A DNA stretch of 32,000 nt from Candidatus Babelota bacterium (GTDB lineage Bacteria; Babelota; Babeliae; Babelales; Vermiphilaceae): the NCBI GenBank assembly GCA_039809905.1, contig JBDHVY010000001.1, positions 270,001 through 302,000 on the forward strand, in the 5' to 3' direction. Below, in pieces: positions 8,561-16,645 of this stretch. How positions within the stretch are numbered: position 1 is the first letter of the stretch; each line of letters opens with the position of its first letter. A program made the translations under genes and the position numbers. Under the pieces are notes generated by a model. The model had not been told where the DNA came from. It saw only the letters and a list, made by a program, of their open reading frames with translations, and searched no databases.

Positions 8561-8588
8561 ATGATAGCAAACAAAAGAACCTCGTCAA
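8561..8588 (-). promoter_or_regulatory. sigma70-like promoter for the ABC-2 operon leader
   Basis: On the minus strand, TTGACG (8588-8583), 16 nt, then TGC-TATCAT (8566-8561, extended -10-like). Confidence 0.4.
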
Positions 8589-8675
8589 GCACATTATGAG
8601 AAAATTTATTATGATTTTAATCATTTTTGTATTACCATAAAAACAATATTTTATCCTTCAAATAGAAGATACCTG

Positions 8676-8879
8676 ATGAAAAAAAAATACCATTGCTGTT
8701 TTTGCAGCACAGAAATTATATCTAACACCGTTGATGTAACCGGTCTTATTGTGATCACCAACTTTGATAAAAGTGAGAAAAAACAAGAAGTACAACAACT
8801 ATTTTGCCATATTTATTGTTTAAAAGATAAGCTGCCATTAACCATTGATTTATACGGACTCAATCCAGAGAAAAATTAA
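8676..8879 (+). CDS. small Cys-containing hypothetical protein (possible zinc-ribbon-like)
   Basis: 67 aa with the cysteine pattern CC-x-C ... C-x3-C (HCCFCSTE ... FCHIYCL). Ends 1 nt before the next gene's ATG. Confidence 0.4.
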   Translation: MKKKYHCCFCSTEIISNTVDVTGLIVITNFDKSEKKQEVQQLFCHIYCLKDKLPLTIDLYGLNPEKN

Positions 8880-8880
8880 T

Positions 8881-10029
8881 ATGTCATACAAAAAATCATT
8901 ATCTTGTGCCTTAGCTCTATTAATGACAACCAACAGCCTAGCAATCGAAAAAGAAAATAATCTTGTTTTTCGCAATGGTGTTTTATTCTTAACAGTTGCC
9001 GCTATTGGAGTTATCGCATTCTCACCAAAATTACGATCATGGTTTAGTCAACGGATAAGTAATTTTTTCCATAAATCTACTACCAATAAAGAATCTACTA
9101 CTGATACGAATACAAACATACAATGGGAAAACTTTTCTCTCTCGGGAAATGATTTAATCATCAATGATGATAAAACGTTGGAAGCAAAAAACCTTCCTTG
9201 TATTAAACCTTCTGGAATACTTGAATCAATAAATTTTAATTCTCCCATAGAAACAGTACGTATTGTTTTTCCTATTGCAACCATTGCTATTAATGATGAT
9301 GAAGAGCCTCGCATTATACGAGATAAAGCATTCAAAGATATTATATTTATAGTTGATGACGGTGTGTTAACAGCAACCACATCTGACGGAAAACCGAGAA
9401 AATTTGAATATAAAGGCACACCCTTATGCACTGTATATGCGCGATTAAAAAGTACCACCCTAAAAACTTCTTACGGCTCACGGGTAATAATTCAAAATCA
9501 AGAATTACATAACATAGAATCTTCTGGATCATCTCAAATTAGTGGATCTCTTAATGGCAGCAGCTGCGAACTCCTTCATATGAAATGCGATGGAGCATCC
9601 AAAATAATACTTAAAAATATAATGTCAGATTTGATCAAGTTACATATAAGCGGAAGTTCAGTAATTACCGCCCAGGGTAAAGCAAAAAATCAAACGGTAA
9701 CAATTAAAGGTGCAAGCAAATACCATGGACTAGAGCTTATGTGCAACAATGGTGTTATCAATGCAACCCTTTATGGCTGCTCCGAGGCTTTCCTAGCCGG
9801 CACATCAGCAAACCAAGAAATCAATCTTTCAGGCTGTAGCACGTATCATGGCTATGCATTATCCGGTACAGATGCCACAATTAATCTTTCTGCTTGTTCC
9901 AAAGGTTATGTAAATGTTACCAATATCATTCAAGGTAAGATTTCAGGTGCAAGTCATATTTATTATAAGCAACATCCGAGAACATCAGTGATATGTTCAG
10001 ATGTTTCTAAGTGTCACCGGATAGAATAA
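8881..10029 (+). CDS. secreted protein with DUF2807 / GIN-domain-like C-terminal beta-repeat region
   Basis: ATG 8881 gives a signal peptide (MSYKKSLSCALALLMTTNSLA). The C-terminal half has repeated SG(S/A)S-x-I units (SSGSSQISGS, CDGASKIIL, ISGSSVITAQG, IKGASKYHG, LSGCSTYHG, ISGASHIYYKQHP), recalled as typical of DUF2807. Confidence 0.65.
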   Translation: MSYKKSLSCALALLMTTNSLAIEKENNLVFRNGVLFLTVAAIGVIAFSPKLRSWFSQRISNFFHKSTTNKESTTDTNTNIQWENFSLSGNDLIINDDKTLEAKNLPCIKPSGILESINFNSPIETVRIVFPIATIAINDDEEPRIIRDKAFKDIIFIVDDGVLTATTSDGKPRKFEYKGTPLCTVYARLKSTTLKTSYGSRVIIQNQELHNIESSGSSQISGSLNGSSCELLHMKCDGASKIILKNIMSDLIKLHISGSSVITAQGKAKNQTVTIKGASKYHGLELMCNNGVINATLYGCSEAFLAGTSANQEINLSGCSTYHGYALSGTDATINLSACSKGYVNVTNIIQGKISGASHIYYKQHPRTSVICSDVSKCHRIE

Positions 10030-10054
10030 TAATTCAGCAAGCTAGAAAATATTT

Positions 10055-10087
10055 AAAGCGCCGCGTAAAAGCGGCGCCTCTTTTTTA
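10055..10087. terminator. bidirectional intrinsic terminator
   Basis: GCGCCGC-gtaaaa-GCGGCGC (10058-10077) is flanked by an A-run upstream and CTCTTTTTT downstream. It lies between convergent genes. Confidence 0.85.
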
Positions 10088-10091
10088 CCAA

Positions 10092-10865
10092 TTACTGAAA
10101 CAAACGCTCAGATGATTTTTGTAGAACACCCGATTGATCTACTTTACATTCTAATACCACAAGATATCTGGTATCTATTGGATGATGTGGATCTTGTATT
10201 GGATTTTTATCTTCTACAAAACCACATGTTTCCAATACTTTCAGAGCAATCTGATGTGTTGGTCTAACCATAGTAAATACGCGTTTAACTTCAGGCAGCA
10301 CACGAATAAGTGAGCCTAACAACAACTTTTCAAGGCCTTGGTTTTGTGCTTGTGGGCAAATAATCAAATTAATAAGTTTGATATTTCCTTTTGCAAGCGC
10401 GGGAGTAATAGAACTCATTACAAAACCCAAAAGTTGCGATGTCGCTTGCTCACGCACCAATGCAAAAAAATACAGATCACCGATAAGCCTATTAATAATT
10501 TCTTGCCCAAACTTACTCAAATCAGCAAGATAAAATTGTTTAATGGTTTCTTGTAATTTCTGCTCAACAGCCATCCAATCAACCTGATCTGCACCTTGTG
10601 CAAGCAAATCCTCACAACTCTTTAAAAATCCTCCGCTTGATATCGCATCAGGAAAATGTTTTAAAAATTGAGCTTCTGATACAGCAGTCACCTGACTTGC
10701 AAGATCACTTACTTCTTTTTTAAATTGTGCCAATTCTGGTGCAACAATATTAGCTATATGCCATTCTATTACAACATTACGCCCATCTTTATCGGACGCA
10801 AAAAATTTACCATATTTTTGGCTTTGATGATTATTCATCTTTTTACTTTCTATGTAAAAATTCAT
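10092..10865 (-). CDS. GNAT-family N-acetyltransferase with unknown N-terminal domain
   Basis: The C-terminal block LIICPQAQNQGLEKLLLGSLI ... CGFVEDKN resembles the GNAT acetyl-CoA binding motif (Q/R-x-x-G-x-G/A). The start could instead be the second ATG (10838). Confidence 0.55.
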   Translation of the reverse strand: MNFYIESKKMNNHQSQKYGKFFASDKDGRNVVIEWHIANIVAPELAQFKKEVSDLASQVTAVSEAQFLKHFPDAISSGGFLKSCEDLLAQGADQVDWMAVEQKLQETIKQFYLADLSKFGQEIINRLIGDLYFFALVREQATSQLLGFVMSSITPALAKGNIKLINLIICPQAQNQGLEKLLLGSLIRVLPEVKRVFTMVRPTHQIALKVLETCGFVEDKNPIQDPHHPIDTRYLVVLECKVDQSGVLQKSSERLFQ

Positions 10866-11084
10866 ATAAATTTAAAAACGCAAAAAACCTCTGGCATAAA
10901 TACCAAAGATAAAAAAAGAACGCTTAAAAAAGTACTTTTAAACTTTTTATAAGGTTTATTGGATAATGAATAGACTTTTCATAATTGGAGTTCCTTTTGG
11001 CAACGTTAAGCTGCTTTCATTTTTAATCCTAGCACCCTGAACTCTTTTGTCAAACCAGAACTGGGCATATCACTCCAAGAAAAT

Positions 11085-11116
11085 AAGGTGCACCAGAAAT
11101 GATGCACCTTATTTTT
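11085..11116. terminator. stem-loop terminator downstream of the 11136-12263 gene
   Basis: AAGGTGCA-ccagaaatga-TGCACCTT forms an 8-bp perfect stem. T-rich runs lie on both sides (ATTTTT on plus, ATTTTCTT on minus). Confidence 0.55.
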
Positions 11117-11135
11117 AACTCTCAGAAGCTTTATT

Positions 11136-12263
11136 TTAGATCCACGGTATTTCTATGAGATCATCTTCAATCAAGTGTGTTTTTTCATTATTTATCCAAC
11201 GAGGAATCAGTTTTTTTGCATACACAAGATAAGCATAAAGACCATTTTTTGCTATTTTCTGACCATTAAAAATACCTGTTGGTGGAAAGGCTATACCAAT
11301 ACCATATAAATCTTCATCAATAATTCCTGTATGCTCATCAAATGTTACATCAGAGGAACCATTAACAAGAATCGCATTTGATTCATATCCAACTGCATAA
11401 ATAGCTTTGGAGCATGTTGGTAATATCTGTTCTATATTTTCAGGAGTACTCAATACACGAATGAGATTCGCTGGCGGATTTTTTTCAAGTACATCTTCTG
11501 CCCACATAGATGCAACACCTTCTAACCCCGGTGATCCATGAAAATAATCTTCTAGATAAAAATTTATTATGTTTTTTACAGATAATTCAGATAAATTTTT
11601 TAAAACGAGTATTGCTGAATGCATACCACCAAACACTGCTATGCTATCATCTGGTGATATAAAATTAATTAATTTTTTTTTATTAAATGCATCATCAAGA
11701 GGTATTTCTGCAATATCATAATCAAACCGTTTTGGATGTGCACCAATTGCCAAAACAACTTTTTTAGCGCAAAAAGTTCCATCAGAACTTTCTAAAATCC
11801 AACAATTATCAACGCGCTGCAACGATGAGATACAATCTTTAATCGGCACCACCATATTTTGCAAATGCGCAGTAAAATCTAATAAAGGATCGACAATCAC
11901 CTGCAATTGTTGAAACTGCTCAGCAGGATATGTATACAGTGTTAACAAAGAAGGAGAAATAATAGTTTTAAAATAAGGACACTTTTCTACATATTCTATC
12001 AAATGTTTTGTTTGTATATTGCCAGGTACTTCACCATAATATTTCCCTACTCGGCCAACATTAAATTCAGGATCAATCCATGCAACAGCTGATGGATCAA
12101 CCCCTGCATCGAGCAAAACAGCAAGAGCTGTAATTCCTGCAAATCCTGCTCCTACAATTGCCCAATCGTAAGATAGGGGCTGATTTTTGGTTACTTCAGC
12201 ATGTAACATATTTTTAGAAGGAATGAGCAATACAAAAGCAACACTAAAAAACATTTTTCTCAT
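11136..12263 (-). CDS. FAD/NAD(P)-binding oxidoreductase with N-terminal signal-like peptide
   Basis: Dinucleotide-binding motif WAIVGAGFAGITALAVLLDAG and a second Rossmann-like IAVFGGMHSA. The N-terminus is MRKMFFSVAFVLLIPSKNMLHA. SD GGAG is 4 nt upstream. Confidence 0.7.
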   Translation of the reverse strand: MRKMFFSVAFVLLIPSKNMLHAEVTKNQPLSYDWAIVGAGFAGITALAVLLDAGVDPSAVAWIDPEFNVGRVGKYYGEVPGNIQTKHLIEYVEKCPYFKTIISPSLLTLYTYPAEQFQQLQVIVDPLLDFTAHLQNMVVPIKDCISSLQRVDNCWILESSDGTFCAKKVVLAIGAHPKRFDYDIAEIPLDDAFNKKKLINFISPDDSIAVFGGMHSAILVLKNLSELSVKNIINFYLEDYFHGSPGLEGVASMWAEDVLEKNPPANLIRVLSTPENIEQILPTCSKAIYAVGYESNAILVNGSSDVTFDEHTGIIDEDLYGIGIAFPPTGIFNGQKIAKNGLYAYLVYAKKLIPRWINNEKTHLIEDDLIEIPWI

Positions 12264-12365
12264 GATACTCCATCTTTTTTTAAACAGACGCTGTTTTGTT
12301 CAGGTTATACAAAATAGCGATATTGAATCAAGAGCGCATAGTTTTTTATTAATACCTCTTGTTTT

Positions 12366-12761
12366 TCAAAAAACTTCAGGATATTTATCTGGATCTGCTC
12401 GGCAATATTTTTCACCAAAACTTCCTACAGCATGTTCTGCTATTGTAACAAATGTTCGTTCAAAAAATCCGCCTCTTTTATCACGTTTTTCTTGTTGGAT
12501 TGCACGCACATTTTCCAAGGATATGTTGTGCAAAGCACAGAGTGCATCGATAACTTCGAAAACATCTGCCAATTCTTCTATCAATTCTTTTGTCTCTTGA
12601 GCAGCACAAACTTCTTCTATTTCTTCTCGTAACTTAATTTTTAGTTGTTCTTCATACTGCACATCATCTAATTGTTTGCTGTGGATAATTGAACCCGTTG
12701 CTCTCATTAACTCTGGAGCTTTATCTCGCCATAACTTATTTTGCAAAAATTTGTGCATCAT
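12366..12761 (-). CDS. MazG-like nucleoside triphosphate pyrophosphohydrolase
   Basis: KLWRDKAPE plus the acidic helix pair EEIEEV ... ELIEELADVFEVIDAL is characteristic of all-alpha NTP-PPase (MazG/YpjD-type) proteins. Confidence 0.75.
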   Translation of the reverse strand: MMHKFLQNKLWRDKAPELMRATGSIIHSKQLDDVQYEEQLKIKLREEIEEVCAAQETKELIEELADVFEVIDALCALHNISLENVRAIQQEKRDKRGGFFERTFVTIAEHAVGSFGEKYCRADPDKYPEVF

Positions 12762-12870
12762 AGCTTTTCCTTGAAACTGTATTTATGTGATACCTTAGTT
12801 TATCATTAATGCAAAAACTGAGTTACATACTATTTCAAGTTTTATCAAGATATGACAAGAGAGAAATCAT

Positions 12871-13587
12871 ATGAAAATAAAAAACTTACTTTGTTATTCC
12901 ATTTTACCATTGCTGTTGTACATTACATCCATCAAACCTGAAAGTTTTTTTCCAAATAAGTTGGTTAAAACAACATTAGATTCCTCTTGCGTTGAACAAT
13001 TAAAATCTAGATATCTTATTCTTTTTTATGCTCTTGATAACAATCATCTTGTTAATAATACCATTCCTGTTGTGGTTGTTTATTTTCCTGTAATTATTGC
13101 AAAAGCTATTCCTGTAATACAAACATGCCTTACTGCGGCAACAACATTTTTGGGTGTTCATTTTGCTAAGAAAGCTCAACATAAATTACGTGCATCATCG
13201 CTGAATTCTTCTTCATCAAATAATTATAGCAGTTATTATCCTGATCCAAATGATCCCAACAATGACAAAAACAAATCAAATAATAAAGAACATCCTCATG
13301 GTATTTATAAAGATGCAGACTATCACCACAAAAATTCTACAAACAGAAAAAGCCCTTGCCCTGATAATGGACAACGTTGTCTCGATTATTCTATACAAGT
13401 AGGAGAACAACGAATTGCAATAGAGGGAGATCATTTTGTAGTCCTCCGACTTACTCGTCCAGGAGAATATCATGGCTTTAAAGTTTCTTGGAACAAGCTA
13501 GATGATAAATTACAGGCAGCGCTTATAAAAAACGGATTTGTTAGAAAAACAGGCAAAATAATATGCCAAATAACCGAAAAATTTTAA
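12871..13587 (+). CDS. A1: signal peptide + hydrophobic anchor + His-rich C-terminal domain protein (candidate toxin/effector)
   Basis: 238 aa. Signal peptide MKIKNLLCYSILPLLLYITS, hydrophobic aa 64-100, S/N/D/P linker, and a C-terminal domain with KEHPHGIYKDADYHHKNS, NGQRCLDYS, RIAIEG, PGEYHG. Paralog of A2. Confidence 0.7.
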   Translation: MKIKNLLCYSILPLLLYITSIKPESFFPNKLVKTTLDSSCVEQLKSRYLILFYALDNNHLVNNTIPVVVVYFPVIIAKAIPVIQTCLTAATTFLGVHFAKKAQHKLRASSLNSSSSNNYSSYYPDPNDPNNDKNKSNNKEHPHGIYKDADYHHKNSTNRKSPCPDNGQRCLDYSIQVGEQRIAIEGDHFVVLRLTRPGEYHGFKVSWNKLDDKLQAALIKNGFVRKTGKIICQITEKF

Positions 13588-13589
13588 CC

Positions 13590-14225
13590 ATGACTAAATA
13601 TGAAATCACATTTATCATTAATGATAAAACTAAAATAATTATACCACTTAAAGACCCAATGGAGTTTTTAGGACCAATTTACATAGAAAAAATTTTATTA
13701 ATATTCAATGGACATAAAGCACTACTTTCAAAAACCACTATTTATCATGATATGCTGCATTTCTCAGACCTGTTAAAAAAAGCTCTGAACCAAGAACTTT
13801 TTCTCCATTATTCCATCACACTCGATATTGGTTATCATCATAATGAATATCTTTATATAGGCGTAAACAATCCCAAAAATCTCTTTACGGATAACAATGA
13901 CGATGGCTGGAATGGTTATGATTATAATCTTTGGAGTGCAAGAAATAAGCTCACTAGCCTAGATACATGGATATACAATGCATCCGATGGATCAATTATA
14001 CTCGAAGTAACCCCAATTTATCCTTATCTTTTTTCTGAACCAGAAGAAGAACCAAACTACATACCTTATGAAGAATGGATCAAAACATATAAACCATATT
14101 TTATTACCACTCTATCGAGAGAAACAGCAGAACAGTGGATCGAACAAGCTGAACAAATCATAAGAATGGTTGAATATAATGAAAAAAGAATGCAGTATCG
14201 TTCAAAAATAGATGTTGAGAGTTAA
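13590..14225 (+). CDS. B1: cytoplasmic partner protein (candidate immunity/antidote)
   Basis: The track start 13563 overlaps A1. ATG 13590 (MTKYEITF...) aligns with the B2 N-terminus and gives the same 211 aa. It lies 2 nt after the A1 stop. Confidence 0.7.
   Translation: MTKYEITFIINDKTKIIIPLKDPMEFLGPIYIEKILLIFNGHKALLSKTTIYHDMLHFSDLLKKALNQELFLHYSITLDIGYHHNEYLYIGVNNPKNLFTDNNDDGWNGYDYNLWSARNKLTSLDTWIYNASDGSIILEVTPIYPYLFSEPEEEPNYIPYEEWIKTYKPYFITTLSRETAEQWIEQAEQIIRMVEYNEKRMQYRSKIDVES
14036..14225 (+). repeat. 190-bp near-identical block, copy 1 (3' end of B1)
   Basis: 14036-14212 is identical base for base to 15395-15571. The only two differences in the whole block are 14213 T/C and 14219 G/A, both synonymous. 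Confidence 0.9.
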
Positions 14226-14232
14226 AAAAGTT

Positions 14233-14952
14233 ATGAAAATAAAGAATTTACTATGCTCTTTTATTTTCTCTTTCTTTTTCTATGCTCCACATATAAAATC
14301 TGAAGGTTTATTACCTCAAACAGCCGTTAAAAAAGCATTGGAACATTCTTACATTCAACGCTTTTTTCCACTCAAAACAAACCACATTCCTCAACTTAAT
14401 ATTCTTGTTCATAATACCATTCCTATTGTGGTTGTTTATTTTCCCGTAATTGTTGCAAAAGCTTTTCCTGTTATACAATCCTGCCTTACTGCAGCGGCAA
14501 CCTTTTTGGGTATTCATTTTGCTAAGAAAGCTAAAAATAAATCAAAAATGTCATCCATGGATTCTTATTCATCAAATAATTATGATAGTTATTATCCTGA
14601 TCCAAATGATCCTAATGATGATAAAAACAAAACAAATGATAAAGAGCATCCACATGGTATTTATAGAGATGCGCCATATCATCATAAAAACTCTAGCGGA
14701 AGCAAAAGTAAAAGTCCTATGAATGGCCAGCATTGTCTTGATTATTCATTGCCAACAGAAACCAATCAGAGAATAGCTATCGAAGGTAAAAATTTTATTC
14801 TTCTTAAATATACCTCTCCAGGCAATTATCATGGATATGTTATTACATGGAAAGAGCTTGATCAATCAATAAGAAATATATTGGTCAAACACGGTTTTGT
14901 AAAAATTTCTGGAAAAATAATCAAACAAATAATGGAAAAGTCCTCACTATGA
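14233..14952 (+). CDS. A2: paralog of A1 (candidate toxin/effector)
   Basis: ATG 14233 (MKIKNLLC...) matches the A1 N-terminus; the track start 14212 overlaps B1. 239 aa with the same architecture and invariant motifs. Confidence 0.7.
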   Translation: MKIKNLLCSFIFSFFFYAPHIKSEGLLPQTAVKKALEHSYIQRFFPLKTNHIPQLNILVHNTIPIVVVYFPVIVAKAFPVIQSCLTAAATFLGIHFAKKAKNKSKMSSMDSYSSNNYDSYYPDPNDPNDDKNKTNDKEHPHGIYRDAPYHHKNSSGSKSKSPMNGQHCLDYSLPTETNQRIAIEGKNFILLKYTSPGNYHGYVITWKELDQSIRNILVKHGFVKISGKIIKQIMEKSSL

Positions 14953-15584
14953 ATAATACTCATTACATAACTTTTAATATCGATAAAAACTCAAGAATTA
15001 TTATTCCCTTACAAGACCCGATTGAATGGCTCGGCGCCATTTATGAAGAAAACATTTTGTTTTATCATAAAAAACAAAAATTATTTTTATCAAAGCAAAC
15101 TATTTATCATGACATGTTAAATTTAGCCGAGCTTCTCAATAAAGCCTTAAATAATGAATTATTTTTGGATAAGTCAATCAATCAGGATATAGGTTATCTA
15201 GTACATGAATACCACATTGATGAAAATAAAGTCGCTTTATGTGATTTTGATTCTGGCATTCGCAGTTGGGTAGGATATAAATATAAATTATGGGAAGCTA
15301 CTAATAAAAACCTATGTTTTATGTCATGGATATATAACTCACCAGATGGATCAATTATTTTTGAAATAACACCTTTTTATCCCTACATGTATTGTGAACC
15401 AGAAGAAGAACCAAACTACATACCTTATGAAGAATGGATCAAAACATATAAACCATATTTTATTACCACTCTATCGAGAGAAACAGCAGAACAGTGGATC
15501 GAACAAGCTGAACAAATCATAAGAATGGTTGAATATAATGAAAAAAGAATGCAGTATCGTTCAAAAATAGACGTTGAAAGTTAA
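14949..15584 (+). CDS. B2: paralog of B1 (candidate immunity/antidote)
   Basis: 211 aa. ATGA start/stop overlap with A2. The last 63 aa are identical to B1. Confidence 0.7.
   Translation: MNNTHYITFNIDKNSRIIIPLQDPIEWLGAIYEENILFYHKKQKLFLSKQTIYHDMLNLAELLNKALNNELFLDKSINQDIGYLVHEYHIDENKVALCDFDSGIRSWVGYKYKLWEATNKNLCFMSWIYNSPDGSIIFEITPFYPYMYCEPEEEPNYIPYEEWIKTYKPYFITTLSRETAEQWIEQAEQIIRMVEYNEKRMQYRSKIDVES
15395..15584 (+). repeat. 190-bp near-identical block, copy 2 (3' end of B2)
   Basis: See copy 1. The offset between copies is 1359 bp. Confidence 0.9.
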
Positions 15585-15623
15585 GAATGAACGTTAGAAT
15601 AGACGTAAATAATGGGTATTATT

Positions 15624-16034
15624 CTACATCATTTTTATAAATATTACACTGATAACAGCGGCGAATCCTGACCACAGTGTACCCCAGCTTATATCAATTA
15701 ATAAAAATGATAAGGGCCAATTATATAGCGTGGCATAATTAGTACATTCATAGATCCCATACATACATAAACCCAACAGTGCACCATGTAAGAAGATTGT
15801 TTCTAAGGGGGCATGAATTAAAGGAACTACCACAAAAACTGTCAATGCGATTGATAAGAAAAGATAAGCGAATAAAGCTGCACCATAATTTATTGAAACA
15901 CCTGAATGAGATACATTCATTAAATGATGTATTTTTGGCACCAACAATCTATTCATTACGCTATAAATCCATAACAAATCACCTACAAAAAATACAGCAC
16001 TTGTTATCAGCCAAGCTTTCAGAAAATACATCAT
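15624..16034 (-). CDS. DUF2177-family membrane protein
   Basis: 136 aa with 4 TM segments. The block YECTNYATLYNWPLSFLLIDISWGTLWSG matches my recollection of the DUF2177 signature (Y-x-x-TN-x-ATL-x-x-WP). Confidence 0.7.
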   Translation of the reverse strand: MMYFLKAWLITSAVFFVGDLLWIYSVMNRLLVPKIHHLMNVSHSGVSINYGAALFAYLFLSIALTVFVVVPLIHAPLETIFLHGALLGLCMYGIYECTNYATLYNWPLSFLLIDISWGTLWSGFAAVISVIFIKMM

Positions 16035-16100
16035 TTTTTCCTTTTTTTAAATTCATACAATAACAAAAACTAAACAAAAAATAATGGTGAAAATATATTT

Positions 16101-16580
16101 TTAGGCATTGTAATGCCATATATAAAAATTTAAATATGCTGCAAATAACAACCATAATAAATAAGGCACCAACAAAAGCGAAACAATCCTGAGCATTTTA
16201 TACGTTTTAAAAATAATAATACCAACCAACAACACAAGTAACAAAATACAAAAAAAAGCTGTTCCAGTTAAATGGTAGGTGAAAAACAAGGGAGTCCAAC
16301 TCCAATTCAAAAAAAGCTGAGCAATGTATAACTTTTTTACAGATCTGACCAGCTTTGATTTGTTTTGCCAAATAAACCAACCACTTATACCAATGATCGC
16401 ATATAAAATACTCCAAACTATTCCAAAGATATAATCTGCAGGGGTTAATGGTGATTTATTGAGAGCCACATACCAAGCATTAATATCATTTTTAGTTAAA
16501 TTGCCTATCAAAGCACCTATAACAATAAGACCAACAACCCACAAGATTAAAGCTCTATAATTTTTATTTGCACTATCCAT
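16101..16580 (-). CDS. tspO: TspO/MBR tryptophan-rich sensory protein
   Basis: 159 aa with 5 TM segments. Motifs WYVALNKSPLTP, FGIVWSILYAIIGISGW and LFLNWSWTPLFF. Confidence 0.9.
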   Translation of the reverse strand: MDSANKNYRALILWVVGLIVIGALIGNLTKNDINAWYVALNKSPLTPADYIFGIVWSILYAIIGISGWFIWQNKSKLVRSVKKLYIAQLFLNWSWTPLFFTYHLTGTAFFCILLLVLLVGIIIFKTYKMLRIVSLLLVPYLLWLLFAAYLNFYIWHYNA

Positions 16581-16645
16581 AGTCTACCCTTATAAATAAT
16601 TCATTCCCTAGCTTGCATAGTTCTGCAGATACTAACCGATAAAGC

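Noticed and set aside
10966-11040. 24-codon hydrophobic mini-ORF (MNRLFIIGVPFGNVKLLSFLILAP) on the plus strand, followed by the 11085-11116 hairpin. It could be a type I toxin-like peptide.
   Set aside because: There is no convincing SD (the nearest AAGG is about 13 nt upstream). The hairpin is adequately explained as the terminator of the minus-strand 11136-12263 gene. Short hydrophobic ORFs arise easily in T-rich sequence.
12187-12600. Track ORFs lying antisense to, or overlapping, stronger genes. Examples are 220-459, 1081-1299, 1762-1971, 2224-2436, 3195-3440, 4207-4398, 5724-5924, 6093-6275, 6227-6466 and 6695-6919. Also 9048-9458, 9347-9532, 10338-10556, 10725-10952, 12187-12600, 12432-12632, 13000-13182, 13276-13473, 14311-14517 and 14450-14722. 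Also 15779-16063, 16207-16416, 17432-17731, 19161-19475, 21108-21299 and 22722-22913. Finally 23289-23474, 23404-23595, 25369-25650, 26501-26698, 27380-27601, 28929-29132, 29726-29941, 30528-30734, 31011-31262, 31477-31677 and 31723-31962.
   Set aside because: Each is embedded in or antisense to a gene with clear family motifs or a paralog. Their translations are low-complexity and lack SD sites. They are typical shadow ORFs of AT-rich DNA.
12366-12761. The MazG-like gene divergent from the A/B module as a possible functional part of that system (nucleotide-depletion defence).
   Set aside because: It is on the opposite strand with its own promoter region, and it is not duplicated along with the A-B unit. 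House-cleaning MazG/YpjD-type enzymes are common stand-alone genes. Adjacency is the only evidence.
13563-14232. The longer track starts for B1 (13563) and A2 (14212), which would create 25-nt and 14-nt overlaps with the preceding genes.
   Set aside because: The paralog alignment shows that the conserved N-termini begin at ATG 13590 (MTKYEITF vs MNNTHYITF) and ATG 14233 (MKIKNLLC in both A copies). The extensions are not conserved.
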